A stretch of 64,000 nt of DNA from an uncultured Thermoleophilaceae bacterium (GTDB lineage Bacteria; Actinomycetota; Thermoleophilia; Solirubrobacterales; Thermoleophilaceae): contig CAWEXB010000001.1 of assembly GCA_963812915.1 (NCBI GenBank), positions 156,244-220,243 of the forward strand. Direction: 5' to 3'. Below the pieces are notes generated by a model. It was not told the origin of the DNA. It did not search any database and saw only the letters and a program-made list of their open reading frames with translations. Made by a program: the position numbers and the translations under genes. Positions 9,867 to 18,356 of this stretch are shown one piece after another (position 1 is the first letter of the stretch; every line of letters begins with the position of its first letter).

Positions 9867-11758
9867 ACCTCCTCCTCCGGAACCCCTCGCTCGCCGGGCG
9901 GCGCCCACGGGGCCGGCTCCTTCGCACTCGGGATCGGAATCACCGGGCCGCCCGAGCGCTGCCGGCAGCGGCGAAGGCGGTAGATCCGCACCGTTGGTCC
10001 GGGTCGCTCGTATTCCGTCGGGTAGTAGTTGTAGGAGAGGTCGAAGCTGAACGGGACGGGCCCCTCGCCGGGGTCGTACGGGCTGAACTCCCTCAGCAGC
10101 TCGGCCTCGCGCTCGAGACGGCGGTAGTAGTCGCGCGCCCCCCGGTCGCCGGTCTCGAGGGCGCGCTCGCGTACGACCCCCGTGGTCATGACCAGGCAGT
10201 AGCCGTAGAAGCGATAGTCGTCGATGACCTCCGAGGAGAGCACCGTGTGGTACGCGGACGCCCGTACGCCGCCATCCGGACGCGCAAACTGGCCGGGCTT
10301 GAAGCGCACGCACACCCGTCGCCCGCCGTCGCCCACGTAGGACCAGCCTGGCTCGTTCCAGTCCCGACGCGCCGGGCAGCGGGACAGCCAGCCCGGCAGG
10401 CCCCCCTCCGGGTTGGAGCGGAAGTAGCGTCCGGGCACCGCCGGCTCGATCGAGATTCGCAGCTCCGGCGGAAAGCGATCGGTCAGGAAGGTGCGCGCCT
10501 GCTCGCGGGTGTCGGCGCGTCCCAGCACGAGCGCCGTCCGAACGTCCGCAGCGAGCGGCTGGGCGAGCACGAGTCCGGTGATCGCCGCGAGCACGGCGCC
10601 GGAGATGAGCCCGGGACGACGCGCGCGAACTCGCGACCGCCAGACGGGTCCCTCCCGCACCCAGCGTGGCGGCCCGCCTGCGCTTCGCCGTGCAATCCAG
10701 CCGGCGGCCAGATCGGCGGCACGCGCGAGGGCCACGGAGGCCAGCATCGCCAGGGCCGGATAAGCGGGCAGGAGCCAGCGGCCGAAGTAGCGCGACTGCA
10801 GGCTCAGGTACACGAACAGCGCCACCGGAACGGCGACGAGCATGAGGCCGCGCACCGGGTCGCGCCGCAGCTCGATCGCCGCGCCCACGAGCGCCGCGAT
10901 CGCCGCCGCCCAGCCGAGGCCCCAGGTCAGGCTGTCGAGGTAGTAGGAGACGCCGCCCGACTCCTGCCCGGGCTTGGGCTCGTCCGCCGCCACCTCCGCC
11001 TGGTCGCGCAGGTGGCTCCACCAGGCGTCGAGGGAGCCCAGCACGTAGGGATTGAGCGCCACGAACACCGCGGCGCCGAGTGCGGCGCCCAACGCCAATC
11101 GGCCCGCGGCACGCGGGCCGTCCTCGCGAAGCCGCACCAGGGCGGCGAGCGCCAGCGGCAGCAGCGCGAGGCCGCCCGTGTACTTGAACGCGAGCGCGAG
11201 CCCCGCGGCGGCGCCGGCGAGCGCGTAGTGGCGCATGCGCCCGTCCTCGTAGGCTCGCACCGACCACAGAAGCGCCAAAGCCATCCCCGCGAGCGCGCCG
11301 ACGTCGGTGACCGCCACCCGGGAGTAGGCGACCGGCAGGAAGGCGAAGGACAGCACGGCGGCTGCCGCCAGCCCCTCGCGCACACCCCAGAGCCGGCGCG
11401 CCGCCCAGTAGGTCGCCGCAGCGCCGGCCACGCAGAGCGCTGCCGCGAGGGTGCGCGCCGCGATCCAGATCTCGGTGGGGTCCTTGTCGAACTGCTCGGT
11501 CACGTTTCCGTAGGGCAGGTCGAAGAGGAAGCCGAGCGGGCCGTAGATCACCCGGAGCAGCCCGTAGGTGAGATAGGTGAAGGCCGCCGGGTTCTGGTAG
11601 TAGCCCGGGTCGAGGTCCTGCCAGAACATCTCCACCGCGCGGCTCGTGAAATGCGAGGCCTCGTCGATCGAGTAGACGAAGGGCAGCCCGTAGTCGATGT
11701 TCCAGACGCGCAGGACAAAGCCGGCGACGAGGATCAGCACGAGCACGACGCGGTGCAT
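9863..11758 (-). CDS. GT-C membrane glycosyltransferase, family 39-like, with a large C-terminal domain
   Basis: 631 aa. The N-terminus is MHRVVLVLILVAGFVLRVWNIDYGLPFVYSIDEASHF, typical of phospholipid-carrier-dependent glycosyltransferases, with about 12 TM stretches. The stop codon overlaps the GH6-like stop (TTAG at 9863-9866). Confidence 0.7.
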   Translation of the reverse strand: MHRVVLVLILVAGFVLRVWNIDYGLPFVYSIDEASHFTSRAVEMFWQDLDPGYYQNPAAFTYLTYGLLRVIYGPLGFLFDLPYGNVTEQFDKDPTEIWIAARTLAAALCVAGAAATYWAARRLWGVREGLAAAAVLSFAFLPVAYSRVAVTDVGALAGMALALLWSVRAYEDGRMRHYALAGAAAGLALAFKYTGGLALLPLALAALVRLREDGPRAAGRLALGAALGAAVFVALNPYVLGSLDAWWSHLRDQAEVAADEPKPGQESGGVSYYLDSLTWGLGWAAAIAALVGAAIELRRDPVRGLMLVAVPVALFVYLSLQSRYFGRWLLPAYPALAMLASVALARAADLAAGWIARRSAGGPPRWVREGPVWRSRVRARRPGLISGAVLAAITGLVLAQPLAADVRTALVLGRADTREQARTFLTDRFPPELRISIEPAVPGRYFRSNPEGGLPGWLSRCPARRDWNEPGWSYVGDGGRRVCVRFKPGQFARPDGGVRASAYHTVLSSEVIDDYRFYGYCLVMTTGVVRERALETGDRGARDYYRRLEREAELLREFSPYDPGEGPVPFSFDLSYNYYPTEYERPGPTVRIYRLRRCRQRSGGPVIPIPSAKEPAPWAPPGERGVPEEEV

Positions 11759-11797
11759 CCCGCGGCAGGCTAGTGCTGCGCAGGACCGCTGGTATCG

Positions 11798-11813
11798 TTG
11801 ACTCGCCAGTCAA
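11798..11813. promoter_or_regulatory. Perfect palindrome TTGACT-cgcc-AGTCAA in the divergent intergenic region upstream of ribD
   Basis: ttgactcgccagtcaa was read directly. It lies between the GT39-like start (11758, -) and the ribD start (11837, +). It could be an operator and/or a -35 element. Confidence 0.25.
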
Positions 11814-11836
11814 TCTGGCTTAGGGAGCGCCATCCG

Positions 11837-12961
11837 ATGCCCGACACCACGGCCCAAGCGCGCGACGCGCGACACCTCCTCCGGGCCATCGAGTTGGCCA
11901 CCGAGGCCCGCGGCAAGACGAGTCCCAATCCCATGGTGGGGGCAGTGCTCGTGAAGGGCGGGCGGGTGATAGGCGAGGGCATCACGCAGCCCCCCGGGGA
12001 GGCGCACGCCGAACGGATGGCGTTGGCCGCGAGCGACGAGGACCCTGCGGGCGGGACGCTGTACGTCTCGCTCGAGCCGTGCTGTCATCACGGGCGCACG
12101 GAGCCTTGTACCGACGCGATCCTCGAGGCCGGTATCGCCCGCGTGGTGATCGCCTCCGACGACCCCACACCCAAGGCCTCGGGTCGCGGCCCGGGGATCC
12201 TGCGCGACGAGGGGGTGGAGGTGGAGTTCGTCGACGGCGAGCTGGCGGACGCCGCCCGGCTCCTCAACCAGCCGTTCCGCAAGCACGCGCGAACCGGCAG
12301 GCCGCTCGTGGTCTTCAAGTCCGCCATGAGCCTCGACGGCAAGGTCGCCACCCGCACCGGCGACTCTCAGTGGATATCCGGCGAGGCGAGCCGAGCTCGC
12401 TCGCACCGTTGGCGCGCGGAGTCGGATGCGGTTGCCGTCGGCATCGGCACCGCGATGCACGACAACCCGCAGCTCACGGCTCGCGTCGAAGGCGTCGCCC
12501 GCCAGCCGCGACGCGTGGTGTTCGACTCGGAGGCGCGGCTGCCGATCGACAGCCGGCTCGTGGGCGGCGTGGCCGAGGTGCCCGTCACCGTCATCTGCGG
12601 CAGGGCTGCCTCCCGCACCGCGGTGCAGGCCCTCGAGGCCGCGGGTGTCGACGTGATCGTCGCGACCGGCGCGAACGAGGCCGCGAGGGTTCAGTCGGCC
12701 CTCGACGAGCTGGGTTCGCGCGAGATCCAGTCGCTGCTGCTCGAGGGCGGTCCGCACCTCGCGGGGGCATTTCTAGAGGCCGGCGCGATCGACGAGGTGC
12801 GCATCTTCGTCGCTCCGCTGCTCGTGGGCGGGCGCGAGGCGAGGACGACGATCGAGGGGCTCGGCATCCAGGAGATCGCCGCCGCCGGCCGCGCGGTTTC
12901 GATCGAGGTGGACCGGATCGAGGACGACGTCCTGGTGATTGGCCGCCTCAGGGAGTGGTGA
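11837..12961 (+). CDS. ribD: Bifunctional diaminohydroxyphosphoribosylaminopyrimidine deaminase / 5-amino-6-(5-phosphoribosylamino)uracil reductase
   Basis: PNPMVGAVLV, HAERMAL and LEPCCHHGRTEPC form the deaminase zinc motif, followed by a reductase C-terminal half. ATG at 11837 within ORF 11798..12961. Confidence 0.9.
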   Translation: MPDTTAQARDARHLLRAIELATEARGKTSPNPMVGAVLVKGGRVIGEGITQPPGEAHAERMALAASDEDPAGGTLYVSLEPCCHHGRTEPCTDAILEAGIARVVIASDDPTPKASGRGPGILRDEGVEVEFVDGELADAARLLNQPFRKHARTGRPLVVFKSAMSLDGKVATRTGDSQWISGEASRARSHRWRAESDAVAVGIGTAMHDNPQLTARVEGVARQPRRVVFDSEARLPIDSRLVGGVAEVPVTVICGRAASRTAVQALEAAGVDVIVATGANEAARVQSALDELGSREIQSLLLEGGPHLAGAFLEAGAIDEVRIFVAPLLVGGREARTTIEGLGIQEIAAAGRAVSIEVDRIEDDVLVIGRLREW

Positions 12962-13543
12962 GTGTTTACGGGCCTCGTCGCGGGCACCGGCGCCGTCGAA
13001 TCGCTCGAGCGCGGCGACGATGGAGTCAGGCTGCGCGTCCGCACCGGGCTGGCCGGCGAGCTCTCGCCGGGAGACTCGATCGCCGTGAACGGGGTCTGCC
13101 TAACGGCCGTCCACTCGGACGACCAGGGCTTCTCCGCCGACGTCATGGAGGAAACGCTGCGGCGAAGCTCGCTCGGCCCGCTCGCCGAGGGGGACGAGGT
13201 GAACCTAGAGCTTCCGCTTCGCGCCGGCGACCGGCTCGGCGGCCACATGGTCCAGGGCCACGTCGACGGCACCGCTAGCGTGGAGGCCGTGAGCGAGGAT
13301 GGCTTCGCACGAGTAGTGCGGATCGGAGCGCCCCCGGGGCTCCTGCGCTACGTGGTCGAGAAGGGCTCGATCGCCGTCGACGGAGTCTCTCTGACGGTGG
13401 CCGCCGTCGACGGCGACGGCTTCGAGGTATCGCTCATCCCGGAGACGCTCGAGCGCACGACCCTCGGCGCGGCGACGCCCGGCCGGGTCGTGAACTTGGA
13501 GGTGGACGTACTCGCCAAGTACGTGGAGAAGCTCCACGTATGA
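12962..13543 (+). CDS. ribE: Riboflavin synthase alpha chain
   Basis: MFTGLV start, internal duplication (SIAVNGVCLT / SIAVDGVSLT), 193 aa. Confidence 0.9.
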   Translation: MFTGLVAGTGAVESLERGDDGVRLRVRTGLAGELSPGDSIAVNGVCLTAVHSDDQGFSADVMEETLRRSSLGPLAEGDEVNLELPLRAGDRLGGHMVQGHVDGTASVEAVSEDGFARVVRIGAPPGLLRYVVEKGSIAVDGVSLTVAAVDGDGFEVSLIPETLERTTLGAATPGRVVNLEVDVLAKYVEKLHV

Positions 13544-14874
13544 CCGGCTCTCCGTTCAGCACGATCGAGGCGGCGATCGAGGACGTCCGCGCCGGGCGGA
13601 TGGTGGTGGTCTGCGACGCCGAGGACCGCGAGAACGAGGGCGACCTCACGCTGGCGGCGCAGTTCGTCACGCCCGAGGCCATCAACTTCATGGCCAAGCA
13701 CGGTCGCGGCCTGGTCTGCCTCGCACTGACCCCCGCCCGCTGCGACGAGCTGGCGCTCGACCTGATGGCGGCGAAGAACGAGTCGCCCTTCCAGACCGCG
13801 TTCACGGTGTCGATCGAGGCCCGGGAGGGGATCACTACCGGTATCTCGGCGCACGACCGCGCCCACACCATCCAGGTGGCGATCGACCCTCGCACGCGGC
13901 CGCAGGACCTCGTCCAGCCGGGACACATCTTCCCCCTGAAGGCCAAGGCCGGCGGGGTGCTCGAGCGCACCGGCCAGACCGAGGCGGCCGTGGATCTCGC
14001 ACGCCTCGCGGGGCTCAACCCGTCGGGCGTGATCTGCGAGGTGATGAACGACGACGGCACGATGGCCCGCGTGCCGGACCTCGTCCAGTACTGCGCGGGG
14101 CACGGCCTGAAGATGGTCACCGTTGCGGATCTGATCGCCTACCGGCGCCGCCACGACAAGCTCATCGAGCGCGTGGTCGAGGCCCGGATGCCGACCCGCT
14201 ACGGCGTCTTCCAGGTGGTCGGCTTCCGCTCCCTCGTAGACGACAAGCACCATGTGGCGATGGTCAAGGGCGAGGTCGCGGGCCAGCAGGACGTGCTCGT
14301 TCGCGTCCACTCGGAGTGCCTCACCGGCGACGTGTTCCATTCGCTTCGCTGCGACTGTGGCCAGCAGCTCGAGGACGCGCTGCTGCGGATCGAGTCGGAG
14401 GAGCGCGGGGTGCTGCTGTATCTGGCCCAGGAGGGGCGCGGGATCGGGCTGCTCAACAAGCTGCGCGCCTACCGGCTGCAGGAGGAGGGGCGCGACACCG
14501 TCGACGCCAACCTCGAGCTGGGGCTGCCGGCGGACCTGCGCGACTACGGAATCGGCGCCCAGATCCTGGTCGACCTGGGGCTCGGCTCGATCCGGCTGCT
14601 GACCAACAACCCCAAGAAGATCGTCGGCCTCGAGGGCTACGGCCTGACCGTGACCGACCAGATCCCGATCGAGCACCCCCCGGGGAAGCACAACCGCGAC
14701 TACCTGCGCGCCAAGAAGGAACGACTCGGCCACCTGCTCCACCACCAGGGCCTGGCGCTGGACGAGGAGATGCTGCACGAGGAGCGCGTGCAGGACCGCG
14801 AGCGCGCCGCCGCCGAGGCGGTCGACCCTTACGGTCACGGTCCCGCGCCGCGGCGCGGGGACCCGCGTGCCTGA
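13540..14874 (+). CDS. ribBA: Bifunctional 3,4-dihydroxy-2-butanone-4-phosphate synthase / GTP cyclohydrolase II
   Basis: The DHBP synthase half has DRENEGDL and HTVSIE-like motifs. The GCH-II half has ECLTGDVFHSLRCDCG and GRGIGLLNK. There is a C-terminal extension of about 35 aa, and the gene overlaps ribH. Confidence 0.9.
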   Translation: MTGSPFSTIEAAIEDVRAGRMVVVCDAEDRENEGDLTLAAQFVTPEAINFMAKHGRGLVCLALTPARCDELALDLMAAKNESPFQTAFTVSIEAREGITTGISAHDRAHTIQVAIDPRTRPQDLVQPGHIFPLKAKAGGVLERTGQTEAAVDLARLAGLNPSGVICEVMNDDGTMARVPDLVQYCAGHGLKMVTVADLIAYRRRHDKLIERVVEARMPTRYGVFQVVGFRSLVDDKHHVAMVKGEVAGQQDVLVRVHSECLTGDVFHSLRCDCGQQLEDALLRIESEERGVLLYLAQEGRGIGLLNKLRAYRLQEEGRDTVDANLELGLPADLRDYGIGAQILVDLGLGSIRLLTNNPKKIVGLEGYGLTVTDQIPIEHPPGKHNRDYLRAKKERLGHLLHHQGLALDEEMLHEERVQDRERAAAEAVDPYGHGPAPRRGDPRA

Positions 14875-15295
14875 GACTTACGCGGCCTGCGTCGGCCGAT
14901 TCTACGAGGACCTGGCGGAGCGCCTCGTCGACGGCGCCCGGCGCGTCTTCGAGGAGGCGGGCGCCAGGGTCGAGGTGCACGACGTGCCGGGTGCGTTCGA
15001 GCTCCCCCTGGGAGCGAAGTACTGCGCCGAGTCGGGTCGCTACGCGGGCGTCGCCTGCCTCGGCGCGGTGATCCGCGGCGAGACCGACCACTACGACTAC
15101 GTCTGCGCCGAGACCGCGAGCGGCATCGCACGTGTATCGCTCGACACCGGCGTTCCCTGCGCCTTCGGCGTGCTCACCGTCGACACCATGGAGCAGGCGC
15201 TCGCCCGTGCCGGCGGCGGCAAGCGCCACCAGGGAGAGGACGCCGCCCGCGCCGTGCTGCGCATGGCCGAGCTGCGCCGCGTCCTGCGGCGGTAG
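14867..15295 (+). CDS. ribH: 6,7-dimethyl-8-ribityllumazine synthase
   Basis: VPGAFELPLGAKY, GAVIRGETDHYDYV and FGVLT motifs. The N-terminus is rather short, so the start is somewhat uncertain. Confidence 0.85.
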   Translation: MPETYAACVGRFYEDLAERLVDGARRVFEEAGARVEVHDVPGAFELPLGAKYCAESGRYAGVACLGAVIRGETDHYDYVCAETASGIARVSLDTGVPCAFGVLTVDTMEQALARAGGGKRHQGEDAARAVLRMAELRRVLRR

Positions 15296-15306
15296 CTTCC
15301 CGCCGC

Positions 15307-16320
15307 GTGATCAACCTCTACAGCGACACGCAGACCCGCCCGACCGAGGACATGCGGCGTGCGATCGCCACCGCCGATGTGGGCGACGAGCAGCGCCGGC
15401 AGGACCCCACCACGCTGCGCCTCCAGGAGCGGGTTGCCGAGCTGCTCGGCCACGAAGCGGGGCTCTTCCTGCCCACGGGCACGATGTGCAACCAGATCTC
15501 CTTCAGGCTGCACGCCCGGCCCGGCGGCGACGAGCTGATCCTCGACCGGAGCGCCCACCCGATCATCGCCGAGGCGGGCGGCCCGGCCCAGCAGGCCGGG
15601 CTGATGATCAACGCGCTCGACGGCGACGGCGGCATCTTCACTCCCGAGCAGCTTGTGGCCGCGCTGCGGCCGCGCGGGGACCGCTACAAGCCGCGCTCGC
15701 GGCTCGTCTCCGTCGAGCAGACGACGAACATGGGAGGCGGCCGCGTGTGGCCGCTCGAGGCGGTCCAGCGGGTGCTCGACGCCGCCCGCGAGCACGGCCT
15801 CCGGGCCCACATGGACGGCGCCCGCCTGATGAATGCGGTGGTTGCCTCGGGCGTTCCGGCCGCGCGGTTTGCCGGCGGCTTCGACACGGCGTGGCTCGAC
15901 TTCACCAAGGGCCTCGGCGCGCCGGTTGGTGCGGTGCTGTGCGGCTCGCGCGAGCTGATCGACGAGGCGTGGCGATGGAAGCAGATGGTGGGCGGCGCCT
16001 TCAGGCAGTCGGGGATCGTGGCGGCCGGCTGCATCTACGCCCTCGACCACCACGTCGAGCGCCTCGCGGAGGATCACGAGCTCGCCCGGCGCCTGGCGGA
16101 CGGGCTGGCGGAGCTGGGCGCCGACGTCGTCCCGCCGGAGACCAACATCGTCATCTTCGCGGTGCCCGACGCGAACGCGTTCGTGGAGCAGATGGGCCGT
16201 CGAGGAATCGAGTTGAGCGGGACTTTCGACGGCCGCGTTCGGGCGGTCACGCACCTCGACGTCGACCGTGCCGCGGTCGACGAAGCCCTCCGGGCGGCCC
16301 GGGCCGTGCTGCTAGCCTGA
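15307..16320 (+). CDS. ltaE: Low-specificity threonine aldolase / beta-eliminating lyase family (PLP)
   Basis: The N-terminus is INLYSDTQTRPTEDMRRAI..ADVGDEQ, with GTMCNQI and ..FTKGLGAPVGAV (Lys region). 337 aa, GTG start. Confidence 0.75.
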   Translation: MINLYSDTQTRPTEDMRRAIATADVGDEQRRQDPTTLRLQERVAELLGHEAGLFLPTGTMCNQISFRLHARPGGDELILDRSAHPIIAEAGGPAQQAGLMINALDGDGGIFTPEQLVAALRPRGDRYKPRSRLVSVEQTTNMGGGRVWPLEAVQRVLDAAREHGLRAHMDGARLMNAVVASGVPAARFAGGFDTAWLDFTKGLGAPVGAVLCGSRELIDEAWRWKQMVGGAFRQSGIVAAGCIYALDHHVERLAEDHELARRLADGLAELGADVVPPETNIVIFAVPDANAFVEQMGRRGIELSGTFDGRVRAVTHLDVDRAAVDEALRAARAVLLA

Positions 16321-16326
16321 CGCGCC

Positions 16327-16518
16327 GTGCCCAAGGTGTGTCACGTGTGCAGAAAGGGACCGGCGTTCGGCAACAGCCGCAGCCACTCGATGGTGGCGAC
16401 ACGGCGACGTTTCAACCCGAACCTGCAGAAGGTCCGCATCTTCGTCGAGGGAGTTCCTCGGCGCGAGTACGTCTGCACGCGCTGCCTCAAGGCCGGCAAG
16501 GTCCAGAAGGCCGTCTGA
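16327..16518 (+). CDS. rpmB: 50S ribosomal protein L28
   Basis: 63 aa: MPKVCHVCRKGPAFGNSRSHSMVATRRRFNPNLQKVR, with two Cys pairs (zinc-ribbon form). Confidence 0.9.
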   Translation: MPKVCHVCRKGPAFGNSRSHSMVATRRRFNPNLQKVRIFVEGVPRREYVCTRCLKAGKVQKAV

Positions 16519-16570
16519 GCGTTTCTCATCCGCGGAGTAACGCCGCCGCTCGGTGGTGTACAAAGCCCCG

Positions 16571-18218
16571 ATGCCAGACGAGAGCCTCGTCCGCTTCCGG
16601 CGCGTGGTGTCCGCAGCGCTCGCCGAGCTGGAGAGTCGGCGCCAGGAGGTCAACGACCTGAACGTGTTCCCGGTCGCGGACGGCGACACCGGCGACAACA
16701 TGGCGCTCACCATGCGCGCCGTCATGGTCGAACTGGACCACCTGAACGGCCAGCCCGTCGACGTGATCGGCCGCGACGTGATCGTCTCGGGAGTGGCGCG
16801 GGCGGCGCTCCTCGGGGCTCGCGGCAACAGCGGCGTGATCCTCTCGCAGATCGTGCGCGGCGCGGCCGAGGAGCTCGCGAGCCGGCGCGGGGAGCTCGTC
16901 GACCCGGTCCTGGTGTCGGCCGCCTTCGCCCGGGCGGCGGACGCGGCGTACGCCTCGGTACGCGATCCCGCCGAGGGGACGATGCTCTCCGCCGTCCGGG
17001 CGATGGCGCGCCGCGTGGCGCACGACCTCGCTCACATGGACACGCGGCGCCTGGGACCCACCGCCACGGCCGCCGAGCAGGACGAGCTGCTGGCCGCGGT
17101 GCTCGAGCGTGCCCTCGAGGCCGGCACGGAGGCCGTCGAGCGCGGTCCCGACCAGCTCGCGATTCTGCGCGAATCGGGCGTCGTCGACGCGGGTGCGTAC
17201 GGGCTGACCGTCATCCTCGCCGGCTGCCTCGCCGCGCTGCGCGGCGAGCACGCCCCCGAGCTCGAGCACCAGTACGCGCCGGCGGCGCTGCACCATCCCG
17301 AGCACGAGTCGTCGAGCTTCCGCTACTGCACGAACTTCGCCGTCACTGGCGAGGGGCTCGACGGCGGGAGATTCATGCCGTTGCTGGAGGAGATCGGGGA
17401 CTCCGTTCTCGTGGTGGGTGACGACCGCACTCTGCGCGTGCACGTCCACACCGACGACCCGGGCCGGGCGGCGGCGCTGTTCGAGCCCGTCGGCGAGGTC
17501 TCCCGCTTCGACGTCGCCGACATGCACGAGCAGGTGGCCGACCGCAGCGCACGGCTCTCGGGCAACGGCGACCAGTCGGCGCTGGCCACGTGCGGGGTCG
17601 TGGCGGTCGCGAGCGGCGAGGGCCTCGGGCGGCTCTACGAGGAGCTCGGCGTGCTCGTGGTCGACGGCGGGGCCACGATGAACCCCTCCACCTACGAGCT
17701 GCTCGCCGGCATCCACTCCACCTCCGCCGCCGAGGTGGTCGTGCTTCCGAACAGCCCCAACGTGCTGCTCGCCGCCGAGCGGGCGGCCGAGCTGTCCGAG
17801 CGGCCCGTGCGTGTTGTGCCGACCACCGCGCCACAGGAGGGTCTGGTCGCGCTGCTGGCGTTCGACCCGTCGCGCGACGCAGCGGCCAACGCGGACTCGC
17901 TGGAGGCCGCGCGCGAGGGGCTGCGGCTGGGCGGCGTCGCTCTCGGCGGCGCGCGACGACGCGCAGGGCCGCTTCAGCGCCGGCGACGCCGTGGGCTACG
18001 CGGACGGCGAGCTCGTCGCATGGGGCGACCCCGGAGTCCACGCTGGCCGCCACGATCGAGCGGGTCGCCGGCCGCGCCGAGCTGCTCACCTGCATCGAGG
18101 GGAACGAGCCGCCGCTCGAACCGCGACGAGCTACGCGCTCGGGTGCCGGACGGGGTGGAGCTCGAGCTGCACCAGGGCGGGTCAGCCCGCCTGGTGGTGG
18201 CTCCTCTGCGCCGAGTAG
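16571..18218 (+). pseudogene. DAK2-domain fusion protein YloV family, C-terminal 280 nt broken by about 4 frame shifts
   Basis: VFPVADGDTGDNM and GARGNSGVILSQ are intact. After about 17940 the conserved text hops frames (AARDDAQGRFSAGDAVGYADGELVAWGD / ESTLAATIERVAGRAELLTCIEGNEPPL / DELRARVPDGVELELHQG / QPAWWWLLCAE*). Confidence 0.8.
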
Positions 18219-18356
18219 CTGAGCCGCCCAGCGCGCCTGCGGCGTCCTCGGGGCTCCGCGTGCGAGCACGCGTTCGCCCCTGCGTCCTTGGCAGGCACGC
18301 TCGGTCGCATCTCAGCTACTCGGCGCCGCCGCTCGTCCCGCGATCATTTCCTGACG

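Noticed and set aside
8436-11813. Very long alternative-frame or antisense ORFs (for example 8436..11813 at 1125 aa, 1228..3462, 18312..20543, 26008..28134, 110..1411).
   Set aside because: Their translations are Arg/Pro/Gly/Ala-rich with no motif content. They overlap clearly recognisable genes on the other strand or frame, which is the expected stop-codon-poor artefact of very high GC.
11759-11836. An expected FMN (RFN) riboswitch upstream of ribD.
   Set aside because: The spacer is about 78 nt, and I could not find the conserved RFN core segments on either strand.
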